A DNA stretch of 28,652 bases. Origin: Candidatus Krumholzibacteriia bacterium (GTDB lineage: Bacteria > Krumholzibacteriota > Krumholzibacteriia > LZORAL124-64-63). The notes beneath the pieces were generated by a model that worked only from the letters and a program-made list of their open reading frames with translations, ran no database searches and had not been told where the DNA came from. Each line of letters starts with the position of its first letter. Position 1 is the first letter of the stretch. Positions 15,926 to 24,615 of this stretch are shown here, piece after piece. The DNA lies in contig JAZBOO010000389.1 in the NCBI GenBank assembly GCA_036351155.1, positions 1-28,652 on the forward strand, in the 5' to 3' direction. The translations under genes and the position numbers were made by a program.

Positions 15926-17452
15926 ATGCGCTCGGTCGTCCTGCTCAGCCGCCGGCATCGCCTTTATTCCGCGGCCTCCCGCTGGGATCTTCCCGATGTG
16001 GAACTCTACCTTTTTGATTCGCCCTCCGAAGCCCTGGCCAAGATCAGCCTGGGGAAGACCACTGTTTTCCTCTTCGACACCCGGGATTACCCGCGGTTCA
16101 AGCATGTCCTGCGCAAATTTACCTCCATGAATACCGATGCCGACCTGGTCATCGTGGGCCAGGACGAAGACCTCCCGGAAATGCCCGAAACCGGTCTTGA
16201 TTTCGCCGTGCGCCCCTTGCCCGCTGATGTCCCCGTGGAGGAGATCCGCGAGGTGGTGCTGCGCCTCCTGCAGCTGCGGCGCGTCCGGGAAAGGAGCGGG
16301 ATCGTTGGACGCAGCCGGGTCACCTCGGAAATGCTCGCCCTGATAGCCAACGCCGCCCCGCTCGATGTCAACGTGCTCATCCTGGGTGAAAGCGGTACGG
16401 GCAAGGAACTGGTGGCCCGCGCCATCCACGACAACTCTTCCCGGCAAGACGGCCCCTTCATCAGCTTGAATTGCGGGGCCATGAGTGAAGGGGTTCTCGA
16501 AAGCGAGCTCTTCGGCCACGCACGCGGCGCTTTCACCGGGGCGGTCAACGAACACGCCGGGGTGTTCAAACGGGCGCACAAGGGCACCTTGTTTCTCGAT
16601 GAGGTGGCCGAGATGCCCCTCGGTATGCAAACGCGTTTCCTGCGCGCCCTGGAAAGCGGAGAGTTCACCCCGGTGGGTGGGCGCCAGGTCGAAACCAGCA
16701 ACATCCGACTGGTGGCCGCCACCCATCGTGATCTGGCCCAGGATGTGACCCAGGGTAAGTTTCGCCAGGACCTCTACTATCGATTGCGGGTGGTGGTCAT
16801 CCGTACACCCGCCCTCAGGGAACGCCCCGAGGACATCCCCGTCTTGACGGCCGCCTTCCTGGAAGACGAGAACACCCGGCACGGTCTTCACGTCCGGGGG
16901 TTCACCCGGGCGGCCGAGCAGGCCCTGAGGGCCCACGACTGGCCAGGCAATGTGCGGGAATTGCGCAACATCATCAGTTCGCTGGTGGTCACCAAGCAAC
17001 GGGGGATGATCGATCTGTCGGATCTGCCGAGCGAACTCTCCTACGGCCCACCTGCCGGGTCCTCTTTTCTGCCCGTCCCCCTGGGCAGTAACGCGCACGA
17101 CCAGATTGACCTGGGGGTGCTGGCCAACAGCATCCTCGAGCTGCGGCAGGACATGCGGGAGATCAAGGCCATGCTTTCTCAGGCTCTTGGGCAATCGGGG
17201 ACCAGGGAGTCCTGGACCCTGGATCCGGGCGGGCGGCTTGATCCTTCCGGCCGCATCGAGGAAACTTTCAGCGCCCACTCCGGTTTCAGCCCTCTGGCTG
17301 ACGAAACCGGGGGAGATTTGCAGGCGGCAGAGAGAGCGCTGATCGAATCGGCCCTGAAGGGGACCGAGGGGAATCGGCGCCTGGCGGCGCAGAGACTGGG
17401 GATTTCTGAGCGTACCCTTTATCGAAAACTGAAAACATATGGCCTGGGATAG
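15926..17452 (+). CDS. Sigma54-dependent enhancer-binding protein (degenerate REC, AAA+, Fis-type HTH)
   Basis: GESGTGKE, ESELFGHARGAFTGA, GTLFLDEV, FRQDLYYRL, WPGNVRELRN and the C-terminal HTH GNRRLAAQRLGISERTLYRKLK. Confidence 0.96.
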   Translation: MRSVVLLSRRHRLYSAASRWDLPDVELYLFDSPSEALAKISLGKTTVFLFDTRDYPRFKHVLRKFTSMNTDADLVIVGQDEDLPEMPETGLDFAVRPLPADVPVEEIREVVLRLLQLRRVRERSGIVGRSRVTSEMLALIANAAPLDVNVLILGESGTGKELVARAIHDNSSRQDGPFISLNCGAMSEGVLESELFGHARGAFTGAVNEHAGVFKRAHKGTLFLDEVAEMPLGMQTRFLRALESGEFTPVGGRQVETSNIRLVAATHRDLAQDVTQGKFRQDLYYRLRVVVIRTPALRERPEDIPVLTAAFLEDENTRHGLHVRGFTRAAEQALRAHDWPGNVRELRNIISSLVVTKQRGMIDLSDLPSELSYGPPAGSSFLPVPLGSNAHDQIDLGVLANSILELRQDMREIKAMLSQALGQSGTRESWTLDPGGRLDPSGRIEETFSAHSGFSPLADETGGDLQAAERALIESALKGTEGNRRLAAQRLGISERTLYRKLKTYGLG

Positions 17453-17474
17453 GTATCAGGTCAACGTTGAGGAC

Positions 17475-17503
17475 TTTCCAGGAGCCGCAATATGTTCTAT
17501 AAT
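17475..17503 (+). promoter_or_regulatory. Candidate sigma70 promoter for the PorV-like gene
   Basis: TTTCCA-N17-TATAAT. Confidence 0.55.
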
Positions 17504-17584
17504 GACACGTACGAAGGTCATAATCCGGACCGTGATGGGGCCGGTGTTTCTAATCTCAACCAACCCCTGGTTAGCGAGGCACCA

Positions 17585-18667
17585 ATGCATTTGAAGCGGG
17601 TTCACCCTGTTCAGGGCCGAATTATGCTCCCCGGAATCGTCCTGGCCGCGCTGGTCCTGTTGCTGGCCATCCCGGCCCAGGCCACCAAGTATGCCGGCAC
17701 CTTCATGGAAAATGGGGGCGGGGCTCGAGCCCTGGCCATGGGCGGCGCATTCACGGCCGTGGCCGATGACCCCTCGACCACCTTCTGGAATCCCGCCGGC
17801 TTGACCGGCCTGACCCGGAGTGAAATCCTGGTCATGCATTCCGAGCGTTTTGGCGACCTGATCGACCGAGACTTTGCCGCCTACGTCCAGCCCGTCAGCT
17901 GGTCCGTCCTGGGGGGCACCGATGCCGGCTTCGGCATCTCGGTGATCCGCCTCGGGGTGGACGACATCCCCTTCACCGACCATCTCACCCCCCTGCTGGA
18001 CACCGACCAGCCGGGTGAGCCGGGCTACGGAGAAATCGACGACACCGAGATCCTGGGTATTCTGGATCTGCAGGATGAGATCCGGTACAAGAGCAACCAG
18101 GAACTGGCGCTCATGCTGTCCTACGGGGAGAGTCTGGGTCGCTGGCACGTGGGGGCCAACCTCAAGTTTGTCCGCCAGAGCATCGGGGATTACAGCAGTC
18201 TTGGCGTGGGGATGGATCTGGGGCTACGTCGTCCGCACATATGGCGCAACCTGGACTTTGGACTGAAGCTGCAGGACGTGACCACCACCTATCTGCACTG
18301 GAGCACGGGGCGCAACGAGGTCATCACCCCGGCCGTGGTGCCTGGACTCGCCTGGCGCCAGCCCTTGCCTGACTGGAACATGGATTTCACGGTGGCGGGC
18401 TCCATGGAAACACGCTTCGACAATCGCCGTTCCGCCGATCAGTACTCCGCCGGGAGCATCTCCAGCAACGCCCATCTGGGCCTGGAGGTGGGTTTCAGCG
18501 GGAAGGTATTCCTGCGCACCGGCTTCGACAGCGGCTGGAACGCCGGCAACGTGACCGCCGGGGCAGGCTTCCGCCTCAACCCGTTGACCGTCGATTACGC
18601 CTACGCTGGAGACAGCCTGGACATCGACGAGGTGACCCACCGGATCAGCGTGTCGTACCAGTTCTGA
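17585..18667 (+). CDS. PorV/PorQ-family (FadL-like) outer-membrane beta-barrel
   Basis: Signal peptide ending PAQA, then GARALAMGGAFTAVADDPSTTFWNPAGL, alternating beta-strands, and THRISVSYQF with a terminal Phe. ATG 17585 follows GAGG. Confidence 0.85.
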   Translation: MHLKRVHPVQGRIMLPGIVLAALVLLLAIPAQATKYAGTFMENGGGARALAMGGAFTAVADDPSTTFWNPAGLTGLTRSEILVMHSERFGDLIDRDFAAYVQPVSWSVLGGTDAGFGISVIRLGVDDIPFTDHLTPLLDTDQPGEPGYGEIDDTEILGILDLQDEIRYKSNQELALMLSYGESLGRWHVGANLKFVRQSIGDYSSLGVGMDLGLRRPHIWRNLDFGLKLQDVTTTYLHWSTGRNEVITPAVVPGLAWRQPLPDWNMDFTVAGSMETRFDNRRSADQYSAGSISSNAHLGLEVGFSGKVFLRTGFDSGWNAGNVTAGAGFRLNPLTVDYAYAGDSLDIDEVTHRISVSYQF

Positions 18668-18687
18668 CCCCTTTTCGTCGGATCAGG

Positions 18688-20466
18688 CTAACCCTGCCCC
18701 GGCCGGTAAGCGTAAAGCTTCTGGCCGGGATAGATGACGTGCTTCCGGGGAATTGCATTGACCTTCCTCAGGTGCGCCACCGTCACGCCCAGCTTGCGGG
18801 CAATCACGCCCAGATTATCCCCTTTTTGCACCTTGTAGGACACCCGGGTATAGCCCGAGGGGGGGACGTAATGCCCCTTTTCCGCGGCTCTGCTGCGGGC
18901 CAGGTCGGCCAGTTCCGCGGGCATGGGAATGAGCAACTGCTTGCCCGGCCTGATCAGGTGGACATCCTTCAAGTTGTTCAGCTTGGCAATGTCGCCCACC
19001 GAGGTGCCGTATTCCTTGGCGATGTGTCCGAGAGTTTCCCCCCTCTGGACCCGGTGCTGCCGCCAGGTGAGCCTGCGGTCGGCCGGGATCTTCCTGAGCT
19101 CGGCCAGAGCCCGGCTGCCGGTGCCGGCGGGAACCTTCACCGGATAGGCCTTGCTCTTCGGAGGACTGGCCCCGCGGATCAACGCCGGGTTGAGGTCCTT
19201 GACCACCGCGGGATCCACGCCCGCACAGCGAGCGATAAGGTCCAGATCGGTGGCGTCATCCACCTTGACGACATCGAAGGCCAGGGGCGTCTGGGGGCGG
19301 GTCTCGAATCCGTACTTTTCCGGGTGTGTCCCCACCCGGGCTGCGGCAATGAACTTGGGTACATAGGCCGTGGTCTGACTGGGCAGTCGCATCTCCCAGA
19401 AGTTGTCATGCCCGTGCTGGCGAATCTTCCGGGCCAGGCGATTGTGGCCTCCGTTGTAGGCGGCAAGGACCAGGGCCCAGTCTCCGAACTGCTCATGAAG
19501 CATGGTGATGTGGTTGGCCGCCGCCCGGGTGGAAAGTTCCATATCCCGCCGTTCGTCGGCCCACCAGTCCACTCTCAGTTGATAGCTCTTGGCCGTGCCC
19601 GGCATGAACTGCCAGGGCCCCACAGCGCCCACCGACGAAACAGCGCGGGTACTGAGACCACTCTCGATCATGCTCAGGTAAATCAATTCTGCGGGCAGGT
19701 CGTACTCGGCCAGGATGGATGTGATCAGGGGTTCCACCGCGGCCTTGCGATCCAGCCAGTACTGAAAATTCCGTCGTCCCTTGCCGGTGAAGTACTCGAT
19801 CCAGCGGCGTACGGCCTGGTTGTCCTCGGTCAGGAGGTCGGCGGTCAAATCGTCGAGGCGAATACCCGTGGCGGGCACCAGGGAATCGGGAAAAGCCCCG
19901 TTGGCCAGTCGCCCATAGGAAGTGGCCAGGAGCGAGTCTGCCTGATCCGGATCGTTGCTGAAGGCCTCTTTCTCGGCCAGGATGCCCTGGAGCAGCCAGG
20001 CCCGGCGGTTCAAGCTGGCCAGATGGGCCGCATAATCGGCAGACACACCCTCCTGAAGTGGGCGATCCACCTCGTTCTGCAGAACAAACAGGTGATCCCG
20101 GGCCAGGCCCAGGTGCTCATCGGCCCCGAGCCGCAAGGCCTCGGCCCAGAGACCTTCCAGATCGGCCAGAGAGGCGAACCCATCCGGGCCCAGAGGCAGG
20201 GAAATATCGGGGGTCGCCGGCACCGAGGGCTGCGCCAGAGTGTCCACTTCTTCACCGGTCTGGGGAAAAAGCTGGACGTTCGCCAGGTTCTCCTCGAGGG
20301 CCAGATCAGGCAGAGCCTGTTCCGGGCCGGGCGCTGGAGCGGTGGCACAACCGGTGGCCAGCAGCAGAAGCACCATCATCCCAGATCTCAGGGAAATAGA
20401 CTCAAAGTGTTGAAGGGCAGGCTTTTGGGTGTTGTTTGTCTTTTTGCTCGAAATCACCGGATCCAT
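18688..20466 (-). CDS. mltD: MltD-like lytic transglycosylase lipoprotein with LysM repeats (start uncertain, 20379-20559)
   Basis: SLT motifs IES, AVGPWQFMPGTA, DERRD, LAAYNGG, YVPKF. Two clear LysM domains (HRVQRGETLGHIA, YKVQKGDNLGVIA) plus one degenerate. Lipobox-like LLATGC. Confidence 0.9.
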   Translation of the reverse strand: MDPVISSKKTNNTQKPALQHFESISLRSGMMVLLLLATGCATAPAPGPEQALPDLALEENLANVQLFPQTGEEVDTLAQPSVPATPDISLPLGPDGFASLADLEGLWAEALRLGADEHLGLARDHLFVLQNEVDRPLQEGVSADYAAHLASLNRRAWLLQGILAEKEAFSNDPDQADSLLATSYGRLANGAFPDSLVPATGIRLDDLTADLLTEDNQAVRRWIEYFTGKGRRNFQYWLDRKAAVEPLITSILAEYDLPAELIYLSMIESGLSTRAVSSVGAVGPWQFMPGTAKSYQLRVDWWADERRDMELSTRAAANHITMLHEQFGDWALVLAAYNGGHNRLARKIRQHGHDNFWEMRLPSQTTAYVPKFIAAARVGTHPEKYGFETRPQTPLAFDVVKVDDATDLDLIARCAGVDPAVVKDLNPALIRGASPPKSKAYPVKVPAGTGSRALAELRKIPADRRLTWRQHRVQRGETLGHIAKEYGTSVGDIAKLNNLKDVHLIRPGKQLLIPMPAELADLARSRAAEKGHYVPPSGYTRVSYKVQKGDNLGVIARKLGVTVAHLRKVNAIPRKHVIYPGQKLYAYRPGQG

Positions 20467-20612
20467 CCTTGGAAAGAGAGCACGTTGCCGATTCCAGGAA
20501 CCGGCCATATCGAAACGGTGTTTAAGTCCATTCAGTCGTGTGGGTTTCCACAAAAACACAGCAAAAATCGTGGCAGATGGAACAATTTATCACCCAACAG
20601 CGTATTCGGGTC

Positions 20613-20641
20613 TTGAAAAATATCGCACCAAATGTAATAAT
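20613..20641 (+). promoter_or_regulatory. Candidate sigma70 promoter for the GGDEF-comEC unit
   Basis: TTGAAA-N17-AATAAT with an extended TG, in the AT-rich divergent region. Confidence 0.5.
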
Positions 20642-20699
20642 TAAGCCATCCACGAAGTCGGACATCAGGTGTGCATCAGCAACGTTGGCGGCAGAGAAC

Positions 20700-22103
20700 T
20701 TGGAATTGAAGACCCTCCTCACCAATGGCCTGCCTCTGGACAGGGTAGGACCTCACCTGCGTCACGCCGCCCGGCGAGCCGTGCGCTCGGGGGATGGGGA
20801 GCGCATGCGTATCGTGGCCAAGGTTCTGGTTGCCGAGTTGATGCGTCGAGGTGACTTGCTGAGGGTGGCTGTCCAGAATGATGATCCGACCTTACCCACT
20901 CCTCATTATGTACTGATCAAGGGCACCACGCAACTGATCGATCTGGCCGCACTGGGCCCCAGCGTCCAGTCCTTGAACCTGGGATTGCCTCCAGCAGGGC
21001 GCCAGACGCCCGTGGCGAAAAAAACCGCCCCTGAGAATCCTTCCCCCGAGATGGATGGACTGAACAGCATGCTCCTGGCCATGGAGGATGCGCAGCAACT
21101 GGATGTCAGCGATCCCCGTTCCCGTGAAAGCGGAACCATCCTGGGTTCCATCCTGGCCCTTCTGGCGAAGTTCACGCCGCAGTTCGATCTGCATATCATG
21201 GTGTTCGAGGAAACCTACGTATCCGAGCCCAGGCACCAGGTTTTTTCCCGGAACGACCAGGAAATGCGTCCCACCTGGCTGAAGTCCCGCACCCCGGGTC
21301 AGTCGGTTTACATGGATGGCCCTCGTGAACTGCCCCAGGCCATCCGAAACCGACTGGAGGCTGATCGCACCGTTTCGGGTGCCGTGGCGGTCCCTCTGTT
21401 CGGACCAGCTCCCTCGGGAACCCCGCTGTTCGAACGCCAGGAAGCCGGCATGCTGTTTTTACTGGCCCATGAAACCTGGGCGAAGGACACACTGCTGAGG
21501 CTTGCCAGCAGGCTGAGCCGCTTTGTCACCCACCGTTGGCAACAGCACACCGAGATGACCAAGCTGGTCCACATCGATGCTCTCACCGGTTTGTTCAACC
21601 GCGGGTTCTTTGACTCGCAGTTCGAGCTTCTCCTGGAGCGCTCGCGCCGTGGAAATGCTCCGCTGACCTTGATTCTTGGCGATATCGACCACTTCAGCCG
21701 CGTCAACAATGACTACAACCACACGGTGGGGGACCAGGCCCTGAAAATGGTGGCCCGCCGGTTGCAGGAAGAGCTGCGCCGGATTGACATGATCTATCGG
21801 GTCGGAGGCGAAGAGTTCGCCCTGATCCTTCCCAATACCGACCTGGAAGCCGCCAAGGAAGTGCAACAGCGACTGCTGGATGCTCCGATGATCCAGCACC
21901 TGGATTCCATGGGCAACCCCATCGATCTGCCCATCACCCTGTCCTATGGCGCGGTGACGTTTCCTCATTCCGGCAACGATGCCTTTGAACTTTACCGCAA
22001 GGCCGACACGCTGCTGTTCCTCAGCAAGGATCGGGGACGCAACCAATGCCACTTCTGGAGCAGCGACGGCAACCACGCCCAGCTTCTGCCCGAAGTGGAC
22101 TGA
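20700..22103 (+). CDS. Diguanylate cyclase (GGDEF) with an uncharacterised, partly GAF-like N-terminus (start uncertain)
   Basis: DALTGLFNR, DIDHFSRVNNDYNHTVGDQAL, RRID I-site, RVGGEEF, and AD..L..SKDRGRN. Confidence 0.92.
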   Translation: MELKTLLTNGLPLDRVGPHLRHAARRAVRSGDGERMRIVAKVLVAELMRRGDLLRVAVQNDDPTLPTPHYVLIKGTTQLIDLAALGPSVQSLNLGLPPAGRQTPVAKKTAPENPSPEMDGLNSMLLAMEDAQQLDVSDPRSRESGTILGSILALLAKFTPQFDLHIMVFEETYVSEPRHQVFSRNDQEMRPTWLKSRTPGQSVYMDGPRELPQAIRNRLEADRTVSGAVAVPLFGPAPSGTPLFERQEAGMLFLLAHETWAKDTLLRLASRLSRFVTHRWQQHTEMTKLVHIDALTGLFNRGFFDSQFELLLERSRRGNAPLTLILGDIDHFSRVNNDYNHTVGDQALKMVARRLQEELRRIDMIYRVGGEEFALILPNTDLEAAKEVQQRLLDAPMIQHLDSMGNPIDLPITLSYGAVTFPHSGNDAFELYRKADTLLFLSKDRGRNQCHFWSSDGNHAQLLPEVD

Positions 22104-22123
22104 CCCCTGCTTTTCTTTCTGCG

Positions 22124-24529
22124 TTGACCCTGCACTGGGCTCTGGCCTGGAGTGTGGCCCATCTGATCGGCACGCTGGTGGGCAAGACTCTGGCGGGACC
22201 GGGAACGGGGTTCCCGGGGGCAGGTGTGGATGTCCTGGCTTTGACCAGGATGAGCGGTCTCCTGGCCCTGGGTCTGGTGGTAGGGTCTGCCCGGGTAAAA
22301 ATCCCGGTGCTGCTGCTGATCCTGAGCCTGGGCATCTGGTTCGGCTGGGCCGAACAGCAACAGCGCACCAGCCGACCACGCGTTCTGGTGCCTGACCCTC
22401 ACGGACCCTCCCAGTACTTCCAGACCGAATGTGAAATCCTGGTCCGAGCCACCTCCTGGCCGGCGCAAGGGGCCCACTCCTGGCAGGGTTCGGCCGTGGT
22501 GGTGAGTGATGGTGATTTCCGCGGAACCGGGATGTTGATCAGGTGGGCAGAGGATCCACCGGTTCCCGGAGAAGTCCGCGCCATCCGGGGTCTCTGGGAG
22601 TATCCGTCCGAAGGCGATTTACCAGGATCCTTCGATTATCGCGCTTTTCTGGCCGGAAGAGGCCTGACCCGGATTGCGCGGGTTCACATGTGGGAACGCG
22701 TGGCTGAGGCTCCGAGCCAACTGCGCCTTCTGGAACGTCTCCGGTCCCGGATTCTGTTCTCCCTGGGAACCTTGCTGCCTCCTCGCGAAGCTCAGCTGGC
22801 TTCGGCCGTCTTGCTGGGGGCCCGAACCCCTGGCAGTCGAGAACAATCCCAGGATTTTGCCGATCTGGGTCTGGCCCACCTTTTCGCCGTGAGCGGATTG
22901 CACGTGGGCGTTCTGATGGGACTGGTCATGTTGCCGGGTCACGGAATGGGGTGGGGGCCCTGGCCTCGGGTCTTGCCTGTGTTCATTTTCCTCATCTTGT
23001 ATTCCTTCCTGACGGGATTGCCAGGTTCGGTGGTGCGGGCCGCAGGCCTGGGGATAGTGGGCCTCCTGGCGGGTCCACTGGGCCGTAGAGCAAAGCCATT
23101 GCAGGTTCTGGGGCTGATTTTTCTGGTCACCACCGTCTATCAGCCCTATCAGGTTCTGGACGCCGGGGTGCGCTTGAGCTATCTGGCCGTCGGAGGAATT
23201 TTCCTGGGCATCAAGCAGGATGAGAAGGCGGGATCCAGCCGACCCTGGGGGGAGAAAATTTTTGGAGGTCTGAGGATCAGCCTCGCGGCCCAGTGGTCCA
23301 CCTTGCCGCAGGCCGCCCTGTCGTTCGGGAGGATCAGCATGATCAGCCCCCTGGCCAACTTGCTGGTGGTGCCTCTGTTCGGAGTGGCCGTCTGGCTGGT
23401 GACCCTGGCGCTGGTCACCTTCTCATTCTGGCCCTGGCTAGGAGAAGCCTGCGCCGCCTGGGCCTTCCTGGTTTTTCGAGGGCTGGAAGGACTGGTGGCG
23501 GTGGTGGCGGGACGGGGCGGCGGGTGGAACCTGGGGCTGGCCCCGACGGACCCGGGACTCCTCTTGCTGTGGCTCCTGCTCACGGGCTTTCTCCTGTCCC
23601 TTCCCCGTCTCCAGAATCATTCCCCATGGGGTGGGCTTTTCCGGGGTCTGGCCGCGCTTTTGCTGATCATCGCGGGCCATGGCGCCTTTGCCTGGTCGGG
23701 GTCCCGTCTGATCACCGATGGCCGTCCCGTGGTCTGGCAATTCGACGTGGGGCAGGGGGATGCTTCCCTGGTCCGATTTCCGGACGGAGCCTCTTTTCTG
23801 ATCGACACTGGAGGTCTGTTTGGGTTCTCACGGCCTGGCGCTGACGGGCCCTTATCCCGGTCGCTGATCCCTTTTTTACGCCGCGCCGGATGCCGGGAGT
23901 TCCAGGCGGTGGTTCTGACTCATGGTCACCTTGACCACACCGGCGGAGTCGGACACCTGGACGCCGCCTTCCCGGTGAAGCAATGGTGGACAGGCGGTGA
24001 TGCGGCCCAGGATATCCAGGGCCTGGTTCCCGACCAACGTGTCGGTCAGGTGGCCGTAACCGAAATCTTGTACCGGCAGGGGGACTGGAAACTGGTCATC
24101 CTCCACCCCGAAGGCCTCACGCCGTCGCGCTTTCACGAAAACGATCACTCCCTGGTGACGGCTCTTTTCCGGGAAGAGCGGCCGGTCATGGTCTGGAGCG
24201 GAGACCTGGAGGTCCATGGAGAAAAGTACTTGCTGGAGAACACCGTCATCCCGGAGAGGGCCCAGGTCTGGAAGGCCGGCCACCATGGGAGCGACACCTC
24301 CGGGAGCGCGCCCTGGCTCGATCGACTTTCGCCCTCTCTCATCCTGGTCAGCTGCGGCACGGGCAACCGCTACGGGCACCCCAGCCATGGGCCCTTTTTG
24401 AGCCGGGGGGACACGCTGTCCACCTTGCGGACCGATCTGGACGGGAGCATCCAGCTACGCTGGCGAAAGGACGGCACCCTGCGGTGGCAAACACGGTCTC
24501 GCCAGGGGAGAATTCCCGCCTCGCCTTGA
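22124..24529 (+). CDS. comEC: ComEC/Rec2 DNA-uptake channel with a metallo-beta-lactamase domain (start uncertain)
   Basis: GLAHLFAVSGLHV, SVVRA, FDVGQGDA, IDTG, THGHLDH, GHHGS, NRYGHP, RTDLDGSI. Confidence 0.93.
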   Translation: MTLHWALAWSVAHLIGTLVGKTLAGPGTGFPGAGVDVLALTRMSGLLALGLVVGSARVKIPVLLLILSLGIWFGWAEQQQRTSRPRVLVPDPHGPSQYFQTECEILVRATSWPAQGAHSWQGSAVVVSDGDFRGTGMLIRWAEDPPVPGEVRAIRGLWEYPSEGDLPGSFDYRAFLAGRGLTRIARVHMWERVAEAPSQLRLLERLRSRILFSLGTLLPPREAQLASAVLLGARTPGSREQSQDFADLGLAHLFAVSGLHVGVLMGLVMLPGHGMGWGPWPRVLPVFIFLILYSFLTGLPGSVVRAAGLGIVGLLAGPLGRRAKPLQVLGLIFLVTTVYQPYQVLDAGVRLSYLAVGGIFLGIKQDEKAGSSRPWGEKIFGGLRISLAAQWSTLPQAALSFGRISMISPLANLLVVPLFGVAVWLVTLALVTFSFWPWLGEACAAWAFLVFRGLEGLVAVVAGRGGGWNLGLAPTDPGLLLLWLLLTGFLLSLPRLQNHSPWGGLFRGLAALLLIIAGHGAFAWSGSRLITDGRPVVWQFDVGQGDASLVRFPDGASFLIDTGGLFGFSRPGADGPLSRSLIPFLRRAGCREFQAVVLTHGHLDHTGGVGHLDAAFPVKQWWTGGDAAQDIQGLVPDQRVGQVAVTEILYRQGDWKLVILHPEGLTPSRFHENDHSLVTALFREERPVMVWSGDLEVHGEKYLLENTVIPERAQVWKAGHHGSDTSGSAPWLDRLSPSLILVSCGTGNRYGHPSHGPFLSRGDTLSTLRTDLDGSIQLRWRKDGTLRWQTRSRQGRIPASP

Positions 24530-24554
24530 CACCCTGCCAGGGTGGTTCTAAAAT
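24526..24554 (+). promoter_or_regulatory. Sigma70 promoter of purC-purH with a palindromic spacer
   Basis: TTGACA-N17-TAAAAT. CACCCTG-C-CAGGGTG (24530-24544) covers the end of the -35 element and the spacer. Confidence 0.8.
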
Positions 24555-24615
24555 GCCGCCCTCACACCCGTCCCATCCTTTTTCTGCCGATTCACGGCGT
24601 TGTCTGGAGAGTTCC

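Noticed and set aside
17515..17585. Purine-riboswitch-like words (CATAAT...GATGG...GTTTCTA) in the PorV-like gene leader
   Set aside because: The 5' half resembles the aptamer, but P3, the CCGUAAA loop and a convincing P1 are missing, and the downstream gene is unrelated to purines. A cmscan against RF00167 would settle it.
18739..20616. 625-aa plus-strand ORF antisense to mltD
   Set aside because: Shadow ORF typical of GC-rich coding DNA. It has no recognisable motifs, while the minus strand has clear SLT and LysM domains.
20538..20699. Extended N-termini of the GGDEF ORF (from 20538) and mltD (from 20559) that overlap head-to-head
   Set aside because: The region is AT-rich and contains a promoter-like element, so the true starts are probably further inside each gene.
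24555..24615. Possible ZTP or purine riboswitch ahead of purC-purH
   Set aside because: The leader is too short and lacks the conserved aptamer sequences.
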